Shown here: piece after piece, positions 34,749 to 47,740 of the stretch
Layout: each line of letters begins with the position of its first letter
Position numbering within the stretch: position 1 is the first letter of the stretch
DNA from: Phoronis australis
Taxonomy: Eukaryota; Animalia; Phoronida
Assembly (NCBI GenBank): GCA_002633005.1
Contig: NMRA01000304.1
Span: forward strand, 467,077-531,076
DNA: 64,000 nucleotides
Direction of reading: 5' to 3'
Notes under the pieces: generated by a model
Seen by the model: the letters and a program-made list of their open reading frames with translations, nothing else
Told to the model about the DNA's origin: nothing
Database searches by the model: none
Program-made: the position numbers and the translations under genes

Positions 34749-37700
34749 TCACCGGGGTAACGTTTTAGGGCTAGTGATACCATGTTTAACCCCCTTCCTC
34801 CATACAGCAACGGGGACTATCAGTTGACTAACTTTCCGAACTTCTCCGTGACAATCTGGTAAGTCAACAGCTGATGGTTTTAAGCATAGCACGGTGATGT
34901 CAGCTTCCCTACCAACGCCCAAAGATCCAATTTTTTCGGAAACACCGAAGGCTTTGGCCGGATTGCTGGTAGCTGTTTTGATGACATCATTTAACGGCAT
35001 TCCCAGGTGTAACAACTTTGACATTACCGTTGGAAGATCGTAGGCGGGACCATGGACATTACCGGTGTGAAGGTCTGAGCCCGCAAGATCACACCAGAAA
35101 TTCTCTTTGGCGCATTGCTCGGCAACAGCCCAGCTAAAGGAACTTTCTCCGTGCCCTACGTCAAAAAAGATCCCTCGTTTCTGAGCCTCTAGAACTTCCG
35201 GAAAGAGCGAGCCTGATTCGGGATTTACGATGCAACTATCGTATCCGTGTAGCGCGTGAGTGTAAATGTCGCCTTGGCGCAGACTACCGGGGCATGACAT
35301 CGATTGACCTGAAAACAGAGCGTGTATTTTATAGTCTGGCTGTTCAGTAGGAAAGGATATTAAGGTCGTTAGTAAGTTGACAAAAAATTACCACATGAGT
35401 AGAATTGACTAGAGGCCAATGTCACAATGTGTACAAAGACGAGAAAGGATATAACCGCTAATAAAGTAACAATTCGCTAACATTAATCATGTAGCTACCT
35501 ATAGAGTCCCCGTAGTAACTAGAAAGTCTTGGAAGTATATGATTTTTGTGGCAGCATGTGTTTTTAGTCAACATGAAGTTAAATATGTGTCGTTTTTGTA
35601 AAGGACAATTCAAGCTTTACACCGCACGGGTCTAAATACGCCCACATAAGGCAAAGACGTGTTTGCGTTATGTTATCTTATTTTCAAGCGAGTTGTCTTT
35701 ACTTCATCCCTTCTCTATTTCGCCAGCAATTCAAATACGCACCCTCTATCCAATTTACTGGAATCGTTGAAATGGAATGGTGAGCCATTAATGGCAGCTG
35801 ACACCGGGTAGCGACGCTGAGCGCTCTCCTGAAAATGTTCAGAACGATTAAAACCAACACTCCGTCACTCACTGATGAAGGGTAAGTGTTGTAATTCATC
35901 TTTGAGAAAGCGCGTGTTGAGAATAAAAGTCACTTCCCGACGACAGTGGTTTAAAAAAATCATGCAGGTGGTCCGATACACTCTTTCACAGCGCTACGAA
36001 ACTAGTATAGGTGGCGCTGTGTCAGAGGGTAGGGGTCCGATACCCGAATAGCATTTGACGTGCGCAAGCCAAATAGTTCGGGCACATTGCACATTGCACA
36101 GAACACCTGATTTAAAACTCCATGAGAATTCTCTTATCTAAATATAATCATTAGGCTCTTCCAGAGAGAGGTTGCAGAAGTCCGGTACCCAAGTTGGCCA
36201 CGGATGCTAGGTATTTGAACCAAAATACATAAGTCTAGGTAGTGTCCACAACCACTACATGCTTCCGCTTGTCCGGTCATTTCACTTAACCTTCTACCCA
36301 GAAGGATCAGTGATTTCCCAGAGCAAGTCTGGTCATCTCACTTTCACTTCTGGCCAAGCACGGTAGTATCTAGTGATTCCTCAGAACAAATGTCCAAAAC
36401 ACTAGATGTTGCTTCCACGCACTGCGTAGTAGGTTATAAAATCCCTAAAATGAGGGTAAAAGACGACAAACGTGCAGACAAACGCTCGTAGCCAACCACC
36501 CTCAGACGTGATTGTGGTTATCAAAAAGTTGCCTACTCACGAACTTTGTCGAATGACTTTTTACCCACTGCCAATCTGTAGGCACAGTCCAACTGACTAG
36601 TCACGTTCCAGCCACCAGGACGGAGTCTACTAGGGACTAGTCTAAATCCTAAGTGTGGATAGTAACAGTGGCTTGGACTCTTGTTCTCCATAAAACAATC
36701 GGTCAAAATTAAATGTAAAGCCAAAGAAAGTAGCCGGTTCTGATTCTGATCTGTTGTTTTGTATGCGATATTTTTCTAGTTGCCCATACTTTCAAAAGCA
36801 AAATCACCTGATGCCCACTTAAATGGTCGAGGTCCTTTTTCTTTAGTGAGGCGCAACTTTCAAAATGAGCCTGGCGCAGACTAGCTAGAACCAGTTGTGC
36901 TAATTTTTGGCCTTAGGCCTACTTGGATTTTTCAATGCCCACGATACGTATCGTTGGCCAAAGAAGGTGATCGTTACGCACCTATATTACTTGCGTAATG
37001 AACTTAATTCTTGTTAGAGGCGTAACGCAAACAATAATTACTTTACGCTGGAAATAATTACTCTACGCCTATATAGCAAGAACTAAAATTTGCGCACGCA
37101 ATTTACGTGCGTAACGTTTACACATTTGGCCAACGATACACGCTTGTATGTTTGCTATTTACAAATCCAAACAATTGGCTTTGAGAACGTAGTGACCTTG
37201 GGTGTTACCAGGGATGGGCCGCTCATGTTATACGGGGCTATGATGTGCAATTCAAGTCAAATACCTGTATGCCTCTTCCTCAAATTGTCCGTCGTTCATT
37301 ACGTCAGCTGACAACCTTATTTTGATGCCTACTATCATGTCTCTGTTTTTCTCTACACAAGCCACGGCCCGATTTTCGTCCAGTTGCTTGATACTGTCAC
37401 ACTCACCATAACCTGAACCGAACATTGGAAACCTTTTAAAGCGAGGATAACCCCACGTTCTTTTGATTTAGACCACTTGCCGCTATAAAGCTGATCTCAA
37501 GTTGTTTGTAAGCCAGATAGATAAGTGATTTCTATGCTTTTAAGGAAACGACACTCAGTGAGATCATGCTCGGTGCTTGCAATGACCCACCGGGATTAGC
37601 CAACTTGTCGACCCTGGTCTCGAGTAATACCGAATATCCAGTGTTTTCCAAGCACAGAAATTACCTCTATATTGACTAAGAAACAAATTGAAACCAATTA

Positions 37701-40700
37701 CATATTTGTTAATGAACAAAACCAAAAATTAGTTTTTAGGAAGGTAAGTGGGTCGTATTAATACGCATAGGTATTTACGGTAGTTTAATTGAAGGGTGTT
37801 ACTACAGGCTTTCATTATGTTGTTTTATGTTAACTTCGTTAAGAACAGTAAAATAGGAACCTAATCGTGGAGCACATGAAAAGGTATACTAAGGGCTGTT
37901 TGGGTAATATGATTATTACCTTGGGACACACCGTTTCACACATTGGCGAGTGTCGGATGTTTTGACATTAATTTTGCGGCGGGTGGAAAATTTGAATAAT
38001 TAGATGAGGCAACACTTCTTGTTTTCCAATGTTATACTATAATATGCTCAGGCTGAAGCTCATTTTGACTCATCAAGCGCTTCATCCTTATATTATGTTA
38101 CTTTGCAGTGGCGAATTTAGGGGAGGGGGCAAGGAGGCCATGCCCCGGCCCTAAGGTTCTTACAGGTTCCATTTGGCAGTTTGGGGGTGCCAATGTCTGA
38201 CGAGCAAAATCCTGGCTAATATTGTGCCGTGGCCCTCCTCTCCCTAACTCCCGGCAAATCCTGGATCTGCCCCTGCTTTAAAGTTGGTCATTTTTCGACC
38301 TCAGTCTCATGTAAAACTCAATAATATAAATTGAATTAACAAAACAAAACAAAACAAAACAAAAATCGTTCTGCATTTTGATAGTTTTAACCACACAGCA
38401 ACATACCCGTCATGTCGGAACATCCAGCCGCCGCCAGGCCATGGGCTGCAATATGGAGTAAGCACAGCACACGGGTCTTCGACTGTTCAGCTATGAAATG
38501 CCTCAAGCCAGGAAACGTAGAAGCACCTGAGAATGCATAATAGGACATCACAACGAACATTAATTATAATGTTTTCTAGTTAAAACGTATCGTGCCAGCC
38601 TACTCTTTTTGACTGTACAAAATATACATTTTATAATCAAGTTATCGAGTCACTTAGAAATGTACTTTAAATGAAGATTTTTCTGTTTTTACTTCATAAA
38701 ACGAGTTTTAACATGAGTCGCAATTTCGTTAAAACTGCTTGCTGATGACGAACCTTCAATATGACATTTTTTTCTTTTCGAAATAAGTTTAACTTCAAAA
38801 TTCATGCGCAATTTTAAAATTTCTGATCGTACACCTACGAGACTTGGGTGTTGGAGACCTTGCTTGTATGCCAGAGTTTTCTGCAGCAGAAAAGTACTCA
38901 TTACGCCCAGTGGGCGCATCATAGTATTAGCAAACACACTTTGGGCGTTTATTTGGGAAAAATATCCACGGTCAAGTCCTAAACCTTTCCAAATTTTATA
39001 GGAAATGTTTGCTCGATGAAGACTTTCCGGGCTTAGTAATGCTTACCCGAGCGACTTGGTGCCGGAGATGATGCTATTCATCGCTCAGTGTGCTTCATGC
39101 TTTTTATCGTGATTTCACTTTGTTGGAGTTATATTTTGAATGGATAAACGTTGAAAGGGTGGGGTTTGGGGGCACCGAGTACCCTCCCTTATAGGGGCTT
39201 ATTCAAAATCCTTCGGTGACATCCAAGTTTCTTTAACCCGTGCCTTATAGACATAATTCACGCGGCGGACATCAAAATCCAAAGCGAGGCTCAGTGCGAT
39301 TATGTGTGCTGTGTTGCCTTGAACATTTTTCATTTTCTAACAATTTCCATGCTATTTTCTCTGCTTCAATTATGCAGAGTAGACGGTTTGCTTATACTTG
39401 CTTAATCATTCAATAATCTTGGTAATGGTGTCTTTCTGTACCCTGTTTATTATGGATGTCTTAATGGAGGAAGCACTTAAACTTATTTCTCATATATGCA
39501 CTTGCTATACACAACAAGCTGTCAGAATGCGCAAGTACTTGTGCAAATTGGTCACAGTTTGTCTGGCACAACTCACTTTGAAATAAAACTTCTGTGTAGC
39601 AGTAAATGACTTTGTAACATCGCAATTGCAGTAAAAGGTATTATTTTATTATTACCGGGGTGTTTAAATTGCAAGGACTAGCATGAACCTGTTAAACTGT
39701 TAAAAATGTGATTTTGGAATACTTTGGGGATTAACATTTACCCTGAGTTATAGTTTGAGTTCAATGCCCAGGACTTTGTATTGATGTCATTGACTTCATA
39801 TGGAATGGTCAATAGTCATATAACATTAATTTATTAGTCTGAAGTAGACTTATTATATACAGAATAAGTGGAAAACTTTTCTTGGTAACATTTTTGTTGT
39901 TCCGGTTGGGGGTGTATGTTCCCTCGAACCACATACATTATCCCTGATAATTATTGGTATGTAGGCAAAATCAAATTTATTGTTATTTATGTTGCAGTTA
40001 TTTCAAAACGTTAGTAGTGTAGAAGTGCTAGGTATCTGTATTATTTTATGTTTTGACATGTATTGTATAATGCATTATAAACATTGTTTTCATATAATTC
40101 ATCAACTGTGAGTTAAAATTACAATGATTGTAATGTCTTTTGAACTGATGTGTTACAAAGTTGGGATAAAAAATATTATACCACAATATTAGCCTCAAAT
40201 GGCAGATACAACCGTGTAATAACCCATAAAGTGAGATAAAATTTTGGCGGGAAACCGAGGCCGGATTCGAACCCGGGCCTCAAGCGCCTGTTCAGCAAAG
40301 GGCATTGCACCGACATTTATACGCTATGAAAAATAAAACGCATAATTTCCATAAAAACGATATTTTAATTCACTGAAATTTTTCTCTCGTGTTCTCTCAC
40401 TTGTAAATCACCGATCTCCAATTTGAATGCGGGTATCGTGTCGTCGGTATCCTTTGACTTAAGCATTATACTCAGTTACTATTGGTAACCTACTTTAGCA
40501 GACGATATTTTCCCGGTCGAAGCTTAGCGTGATAAAATGTGTAGTAAGCTATAATAGTTGCTAAACCTTAATTTATAGATTCACTTTATTTCTATTTTGT
40601 TTAAATTTTCAATTTGTTTTGAGTATAAGCACTATTTGACAAAAATAGCTCGGCTTTTCTTAAAAGGTCACGACCTCCGACCCCGGGCCTCTGACATAGA

Positions 40701-43695
40701 AAGTAGTTACAAAGCCGTGGAGAGTCAGAAAAGGTAAATCGATTCATTGCAATGTTTCTGTTTAGTATGTGGTATAAATAGATTATTACATGTTCTCAGC
40801 CGTTATCCCCCTTATCTAGAGCCCCTCGCCATGTAATAATCTATATATATTAATCTACATGCTCTTATTTATCATTATTCTTCCTTTATTATGTAATGAG
40901 TATTGTTTATTATTGAAATTTATTTTATTCTGTGCCTTTCAGCAACAAAAACTATTATACAAATATTACGTAATATATGATAAAATATAATGCTAAAATA
41001 TTATATGAATTATTGTTATATTTATTTGATTCTATTGCTATAGTTACAAAACCATGCGAAAATGTTTTTCAATTGAATTCAGGGGGTTGCTTTCATACTA
41101 GTCTTAACCCTGGCAAAGTCTCTGCTAATTGCAGTTAAATATTATCATAATTAATCATTATCATAATTGCATAAACTTCCACGTAAATGCAAATGATGTT
41201 TTCTCAAGATTGATATTGTATTGTATTGCTATGCATACAAATGGATCTAAAAAATTTTATTATTCATTTGAATGGTGTTTGCTTTCATTCTTGTGTTATA
41301 GCACCACAATAATTATCGTATTTGCCATAACATCACCAAAAATTATGTTTTCCTCAAGTAAATTATAAATATAATTCATCAAAATTGGTTTTATGCCTAA
41401 AAACTTGTCTTTATTCAAGTTAATTACAATCTTCACCACAGGCTCAGACCTGCTTTGAGTGTCTATGAATGCAACTTGGGCTCCAGCTAATAGGTGTCGC
41501 TGTTCCAAAATGTGTGACTAGGCAAATTACACTAGGACGGCCATCTAGGGATGTAGTATCTTTGTCGTGACGAGTTGAAGATATATTCGACAGTGGTGGC
41601 TCATCGAATTTTGCTGTCTCGTGCAATTAGTCACATCTGGTTTAATTTGTTGATCAAAAATATTAGCTCCAAGCATAGCCTAGGCCCTGGTGAGGTAGGC
41701 ACTACCGGGACTAACAGTTGATTTGTCATTGATCTAAAAGAATCATTGATGTTATTAAATACTATATTTTTATTAAGATAAAAAACCAGGCTCGCACTTG
41801 AAAATGAAAGTCATTTAACCTCCATTTCTGCTTTCTGTAATAATTGTGTCTATTTCATGTGTCATATTTTTCAAATATCAATCTGGACCAAGTTGAATTT
41901 TAAAATTAAAACACCTAATTCCTTCGTTCAAAGCATGACCTCGTTTTAGAGCTCAATTTCAGTTAACTGGAAAGAACTAAGTGGCAGATTTAGAGGGGGG
42001 CCAAGGGGGCCATGGCACCCCTAAAATTCTCCCAGATTCCATTTGGCAGTTCAGGGGCTCGAATGTCTGACGGGCAAAATCCTGGCTAATACTCTGCCCT
42101 GCCTCCCACCCCCCAACTCAAAATCCTAGAATCCTCTTGGAACTAGCATAGTTATCATGTTTCTTCAGGGTCCTCGTTCATATCCGCGGGGAAAGGTGCC
42201 TGTGCCTTCTGAGAGGGGAATTTTTCGCTAAGTGAGGTGAAAAATCTACCTGCCGATCACCCAATAGCACCCCCGCCCTCAGTGTTGCAAGCTCTCATAG
42301 GCTCTGTCTCAAGTAGCATTTTATCCTTTTTCAAGTTGTCACCTCTGTGGTTACAGGTGATTTGAACCGTCGGAGAAAAATTTTCAATAAATAGGGGAAT
42401 TTTTTAGCCTCGTGGGAGGAATTTCGCGTGATTTTTTAATATTTTTGAGAGGGGAATAGGGCCCATATTCGGCCCCAAAATCGAGGGATTGAAGGCCCTG
42501 TCTTTTTTGGAAAGAAAATGCATCCCGTTTCAACCCGTAGTCATGAAAACAGCCTGGCGGGCCGAAGGTTCTATGATGCTCGGCAACCGAGATGCGACAA
42601 AATAAATTATGAGCCAACTTTTCGAAAGAAACATTTATAAATTTTACACGCGACATATTTTCCTTTGTCGCGGCGTATGGCAAAGACCCAACGCTTCCGG
42701 ATCTCAACGTCCTTAGGGATCGTAAAACAGACAGTTGAGTGTCCGTATTTTTTCTAGCCGTTCGAGCAACGCGGAGTATAATTATGCAGATAAGACAACA
42801 GAGCTATCGTAGCGAGCCTCGTTTTGGAACGCGCCTCCTGTCTGGGTCTTGCTCATCGCCCGGCTTAAACGTTTCATTTTGCCTATCACGGTCAAGTCAA
42901 CACTTCTTATATAAGACCCAATTGACCTATTGTATTTAGCCAAACATCTCTCAAAATCATGGACTTAAGCTTGGTTAAACTGTATATTTTCTAAAAGTAG
43001 AAGCCGGATTTTATACCAATCTGTCATTTGTTAGTGAAATGAAAATGTTTTAGTAAAATTTAGCAAAAAAGGTATGTTCCTAACAAAACGACGGTATCAG
43101 TAGCATGACCAAATTTCATAACTATGACATCAATGTTCAAGAAGAAAATCTCATAAACGCTGTTATAGTTTTGTTAATCATCATTTCATTTTCGTTTTAA
43201 GCAACTTTTGGGTTTGTTTAGAAAAATCGTTAAAAGTCCTATTTTTAATAAACCCTCAAGCAAAAGTGGAACATTTAAAAAACAGCGTTTAGAGAATAGT
43301 TAATAAAGCATAGTTTCTGATCAGCTATTTTTGAGTTACGACCTTCCAAAGTTAAATTTGGACATTACAGTTTAGGGCCCTACAAAGAATTTGAATATAC
43401 CTGCGCTTCCACAGTCAACAATGGTTGTAACACCTCTGCTTAGGCAATCTCGGTCTGGATTGATGCCCAGTGGTGTTGCGTATTCGTAGCAATGGACATG
43501 GGAGTCAATCAAACCCGGAGTCACAATGTATCCGTCTGCATCGAATACCTCTACAGCATGTGCAGGCGAAATCTCCCTCTCCACTGCGGTTATCACACCA
43601 TCTTTAACAGCGATGTCCAGGATTTCATCAACATTGTTAGCTGGGTCAATCACTCGCCCGTGTTTTAAGAGAACGTCGTATGCCGAACCCGCCAT
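34749..43695 (-). CDS. Metal-dependent amidohydrolase/deacetylase copy 2, 402 aa. complement(join(34749..35308,35743..35828,37265..37412,38407..38526,43401..43695))
   Basis: Same five-exon structure and phases as copy 1, intact frame, all metal-ligand motifs kept. Exon 2 is one codon longer. Introns are diverged with different TE insertions, so this is a true paralog. Confidence 0.92.
36949..37138. mobile_element. Small MITE in amidohydrolase copy 2 intron 3
   Basis: TIR TATCGTTGGCCAAA / TTTGGCCAACGATA; internal TTACGC repeats; not present in the copy 1 intron. Confidence 0.6.
38106..38275. mobile_element. CAG...CTG MITE with 5-bp TSD (CTTTG/CTTTA)
   Basis: CAGTGGCGAATTTAGG ... CCTGGATCTGCCCCTG. 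Empty site CTTTG near 29985 in copy 1. Confidence 0.75.
40777..40855. repeat. Internally deleted palindromic mini-element
   Basis: ATAGATTATTACATG ... CATGTAATAATCTAT; a related single end lies at about 52565-52646. Confidence 0.55.
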
Positions 43696-43801
43696 TGAAA
43701 GGAGAAATGGTATGTTAGCCTGTTAACTCGACAAAGCAGGCGACTATCTGATACTTGGTCACGGGGTCAGTCTTAGTGTAATGTAGCTTTAGTCAGTAGA
43801 G

Positions 43802-44135
43802 TATGGAAAGCCAAAGCGGACATATATTTTCTATGCAAGATTTAAAAACAGGCCAAATCATTATTTTTACTTTGCAGGACCAAAAATACATACCGCAAAA
43901 CCTGGATTTTCGTCCCGTTCTTGCGAGAATTAAGAACAGTACAAAACAAGATTTTCGCTCTGCAAGATTAAAAAAAACTCAAGACCGAAATTTCTCATGT
44001 CACTGACCGAAAATTTATCACATCAGATTTTATAATTTATCATGTCAGGACCAAAATTTAACACGCCAAGACCCAAAATTTAATGTCAGGACTAGTGAAA
44101 ATTTATCACGCCAGAAAATGTTCATGTCGGGAACT
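43802..44135 (+). mobile_element. One end of an IS3EU-like element with degenerate subterminal repeats, just upstream of amidohydrolase copy 2
   Basis: Begins TATGGAAAGCC; repeated AAAATTT.TCA(C/T)G(C/T)CA(G/A)GAC units. Partner end not found. Confidence 0.45.
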
Positions 44136-44616
44136 AAAAACCACGTGTGGGCATCGAGTGCCGGTAAACGTATAGTAAGCGACTGTGCAGTAAAAGTATA
44201 AGTATAAGGAATCGTTTTACTGTTTTCTTTGAAGCCCCAGTGTGTAAAAATACTTTTGCTGAATTCATGGATTTAGTCTGATCTTATAGTTTCGGCAGTC
44301 GCAAGCCACGAAAAGGTCAAAGTTTTTCAACGCCAACCACTCCCCAATCAATCGCAAATGAGAAGCCATGATCCTTTCGCAGTGCTAACCCTCGTAGTCA
44401 GGCAGGTTTTCTCAAAGACTTTTAGCCTTAGCCTGATTTCATGAAACAGGCTAAGCCACATGTAGTGGACTGGTTCTTAGCCAAAAGACAAATTTTAAAG
44501 ACAATTGTCTCTTCTACAAACAGCCCCCCCCCAGGTGTACAGCGTTCTTAGAAGAATGCCGCTTCCAATGCCCACGCGACGATTAACAGTGCCGTAGGCT
44601 TAAGTCCTGTTTAGTA

Positions 44617-45908
44617 TACTACATAAGTTAACACGGAACAGCTGACACGGGACGAGATGATCGGGCACAAGTATGTGTGTAAACAGAATTGACACGGAGC
44701 AAAATTGATACCACGGTGAGAATTTATGACACCCGTTTGTGCTGTGGTAGAGCAAGTTGCGCCCGATCATCTTACTCGTGTCAACTATACGTCTAAACGT
44801 GAAACTGGTGCAAGGTGGAAGGGATCATCTCTATTGCGCTTTCCCCAAAACGCACATATATCATATATACAGGTGATCATTTCTGCGCAATTATTGCGAT
44901 TTGGCTGTCAGTTGTTCAGTGCCTCTTTCAACTTAAACCCTGACTACCATTTATTTTGCCAGGAAATCGGTCAGAATATTACACACAGTTAACTCACTAA
45001 GCTGTGTTCAATTCAAATGCGGGCCTACTGATGAAAGCTGATCAAAAAATCATTGAATCAAAACTCAGTGTCACGAATTATGTATACTGGGGGGACTAGA
45101 ACCACCATCACAACAACCACTGAAGAACAACAATATGCATAATCATAATGATTTGTCACTAACGCAATTTTGCATCTTTGCGCATGATCATATACTTTCC
45201 TGCCTACAACTTCCATCTTGCCGCCGTTTCTGAGTCGTGTGTGTAAACGGCCGCTTGACACCGCCGTGTCAGTTGCGCAGAGTCAAAAGTTAATGTCTAA
45301 ACGCCGGATACTTTGGACTGGCAGCACAGAGTACCTAGCATAGATGAACATGGCACCAATATTTGACCACAGTGGAGCACTTAAATCCCCTTTAGACATC
45401 AACTTTTGACACGGCGCAACTGCCAGTGACCCGGGGCAAGATGATCGGTGTCAAGCGGCCGTTCATACATACAACTCAGAAACAGTGGCAAGGCGGAAGT
45501 TGTAGGCAGGAATGTGGAGTGCTCATGCTCTAAGATGCAAATTGCACTGAGGAGTCACAGTTCATTATTATTATTGTTGTTGTTTTTATTGTTATGGTGC
45601 TTCCAAGTGTACGTAATTCGTGACATTGAGTTTTGCTTCAATGATCTTTTAATCAGCTGAGTAACGCTTTAATCAGTAGGCCCAGTGTATATAACCAAGC
45701 ATTTGAACTGAACCCATTAGTATTGATTGTTAAGTTTGTGCAATATTCTGATTTTTTCATACAAAATAAATGGTGGTCAGGGTTAAAGTTCGAAGACAAG
45801 GCATTGAACAGCTGTCTGGCAAATCGTAACTTAATTGGGCGAAAATGATTACCTTTATACATGAATATATATACATATATATACATACATATACATGTAT
45901 ATATATAC

Positions 45909-45953
<45 letters not shown>

Positions 45954-46204
45954 CACATATATGTGCATTTTTGCGCAAGCGCAATAGAGATGATCCCTTA
46001 CGCCTGATCCTAGTTTCGCGTTTAGACATACCAACAGTTGACGCTGAGCAAGATGATTGGGTGCAAGTTGCTCCACCTCACAAACGGGTGACAAAAGTTG
46101 TCACCGTTGTGTCACTTTGCTCCGTGTTAGCCCTGTTTACACACATACTTGGGCTTGATCATCTTGTTCCGTGTCAGCTGATCCGTGTCAACTTTTTTGC
46201 AGTG
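44617..46204. mobile_element. About 1.6-kb palindromic foldback element with CACT-like termini (EnSpm/CACTA-like)
   Basis: Arm 44617-45302 is the diverged reverse complement of 45391-46204. Ends ta|TACTACA / TGCAGTG|ta. Repeated GACACGG motifs. Confidence 0.75.
45857..45962 (+). repeat. (TA)n/(TACA)n microsatellite inside the right foldback arm
   Basis: Direct reading; it produces the spurious YIYIYI ORFs in the track. Confidence 0.95.
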
Positions 46205-46959
46205 TAAACGGCACTTTAGAGTGCACTCCAGGTTGTCGTCCGATGTCTGCACTCTGGGTGGGGCTAATGTAGTAGATGACGTGGGATCCGAGTTCAGACA
46301 ACTGACAGTCCTTATGAACAGCGCTGATCAAATCAAGCAGAAAATGCAAACTTCAAGTCCGTGAATAGCAGAATGTTTAATTGTTGTGAACATATGCAGG
46401 GTATGTAGGTGTACAAGTCAACAGCTACTACACCTACCATGAGTGACATTAGAAAATTCAAAAATCAAATTGTCTCAATATCTTGACACGTTTTTCCTAA
46501 GCCATGTATTGCGCATTAATAAACGCTTCAACTTTATAACAACACATTTCATTTCACTGCAGTCTTCATCCAGTATTATAAAAGATCGGTATTTATTGTC
46601 AACTTGTCAACATTAGTATGAAAGGCCCTTATGAGTGTTCACAGTCCAAATCAATCCTTTGTTGGCCCACCTACAGCTCATTAGTCAACACAACCTAGTC
46701 TATTGTGTGAGGCCATCTTACTACGGGCTCATTAACTCAGACAGCTCAAACTATCAATGACTGATTGTATATGGACCCAAATAAACCTATAGTCATGTAA
46801 TAATTGATAGTGAACGAACACTATAGTTGTGATGACCACATTGTCCCACGCATGGGAGAAAAGCCCAATTAAGTGTAATTACCCGAACCCTAAGCTGTAG
46901 TACAAACATCTGTGCCTGTACATAATGGCGAATTTTCAAAATGCATTAACGATTAAGTT

Positions 46960-47740
46960 TCGTTAAAGACAAACACCACGGTGGTAGTCAGCTGGAAAAA
47001 AACAACAAAGTAAGGTTTTCGATTTTTAAAAATCGATGAACTAATAAGCTAAAAACTACAAACATTGGGTAAAATTGAAGTCTTCAATTTGGCTATCACC
47101 ATATTTGGAATTTGGTGTATAAACTTTATGACTTGAGTTTTAATAAAAACTAAACTTAAACTGATGACACGTGTTGTTTTGTTTGCTGAGAAATGTCTAG
47201 TGTAGCTGCCTGGAATCTGAAAAGTTCAGGGATGGGTTCACAATGAACTTAACTAATTAAGTTTCGTTGGCAATCAAAATCTACCACTGTTTTGGTACTT
47301 CAAGTTTAAGAATAAAATAAAGAGATATCAAATAGCTCGTTCCTGATAAGAGAAAAATGTAGACAGGAGCATTAAAAATGAAATATCAAAAAGTTTAAAA
47401 CATATTTAAAACTATCTTTCCTTTGAGAAGTAGCCCATGGTCAAGTTAAAAACAAATTAACTTTTATGTCGTTTTGTGATATTTAATACAAGATAAAACT
47501 ACTCTACAGAGCTGCAATCCTTAAACACTCTCAGCTGCAACTCCACTATTGCCAGAGGAACTCCAACTTGGATAAAATAACAAGCATCATTTTTGAGACA
47601 GCAGTGCTAGCTATTACCTGTCCACTTCATTAGCTCAGATGTACATCAATACACAGCTGAATAGGCATCATAGATGTTGTCTGGGGCTAAGGGAATCTGA
47701 ACAGTGACCAGTGTAAGCAAGAAATTCTCCACATGAACTC
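46960..47740 (-). repeat. Old dispersed repeat, inverted relative of segments in 1690-3540
   Basis: Colinear reverse-complement similarity: about 47580-47740 to 1705-1865, 47075-47243 to 2160-2340, 46960-47066 to 3440-3540. Confidence 0.7.

Noticed and set aside
40245-40295. tRNA gene on the minus strand (GGTTCGAATCC B-box with T-arm stem)
   Set aside because: No D-arm/A-box or acceptor stem can be built; probably a SINE or tRNA fragment.
22723-43695. Bacterial contamination or true dihydroorotase (pyrC)
   Set aside because: The genes have spliceosomal introns with host-type TEs, and the motifs fit the COG3964 deacetylase group rather than pyrimidine-pathway DHOase.
45653-46207. ORFs rich in YIYIYI
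   Set aside because: Translation of a (TA)n microsatellite inside a foldback element.
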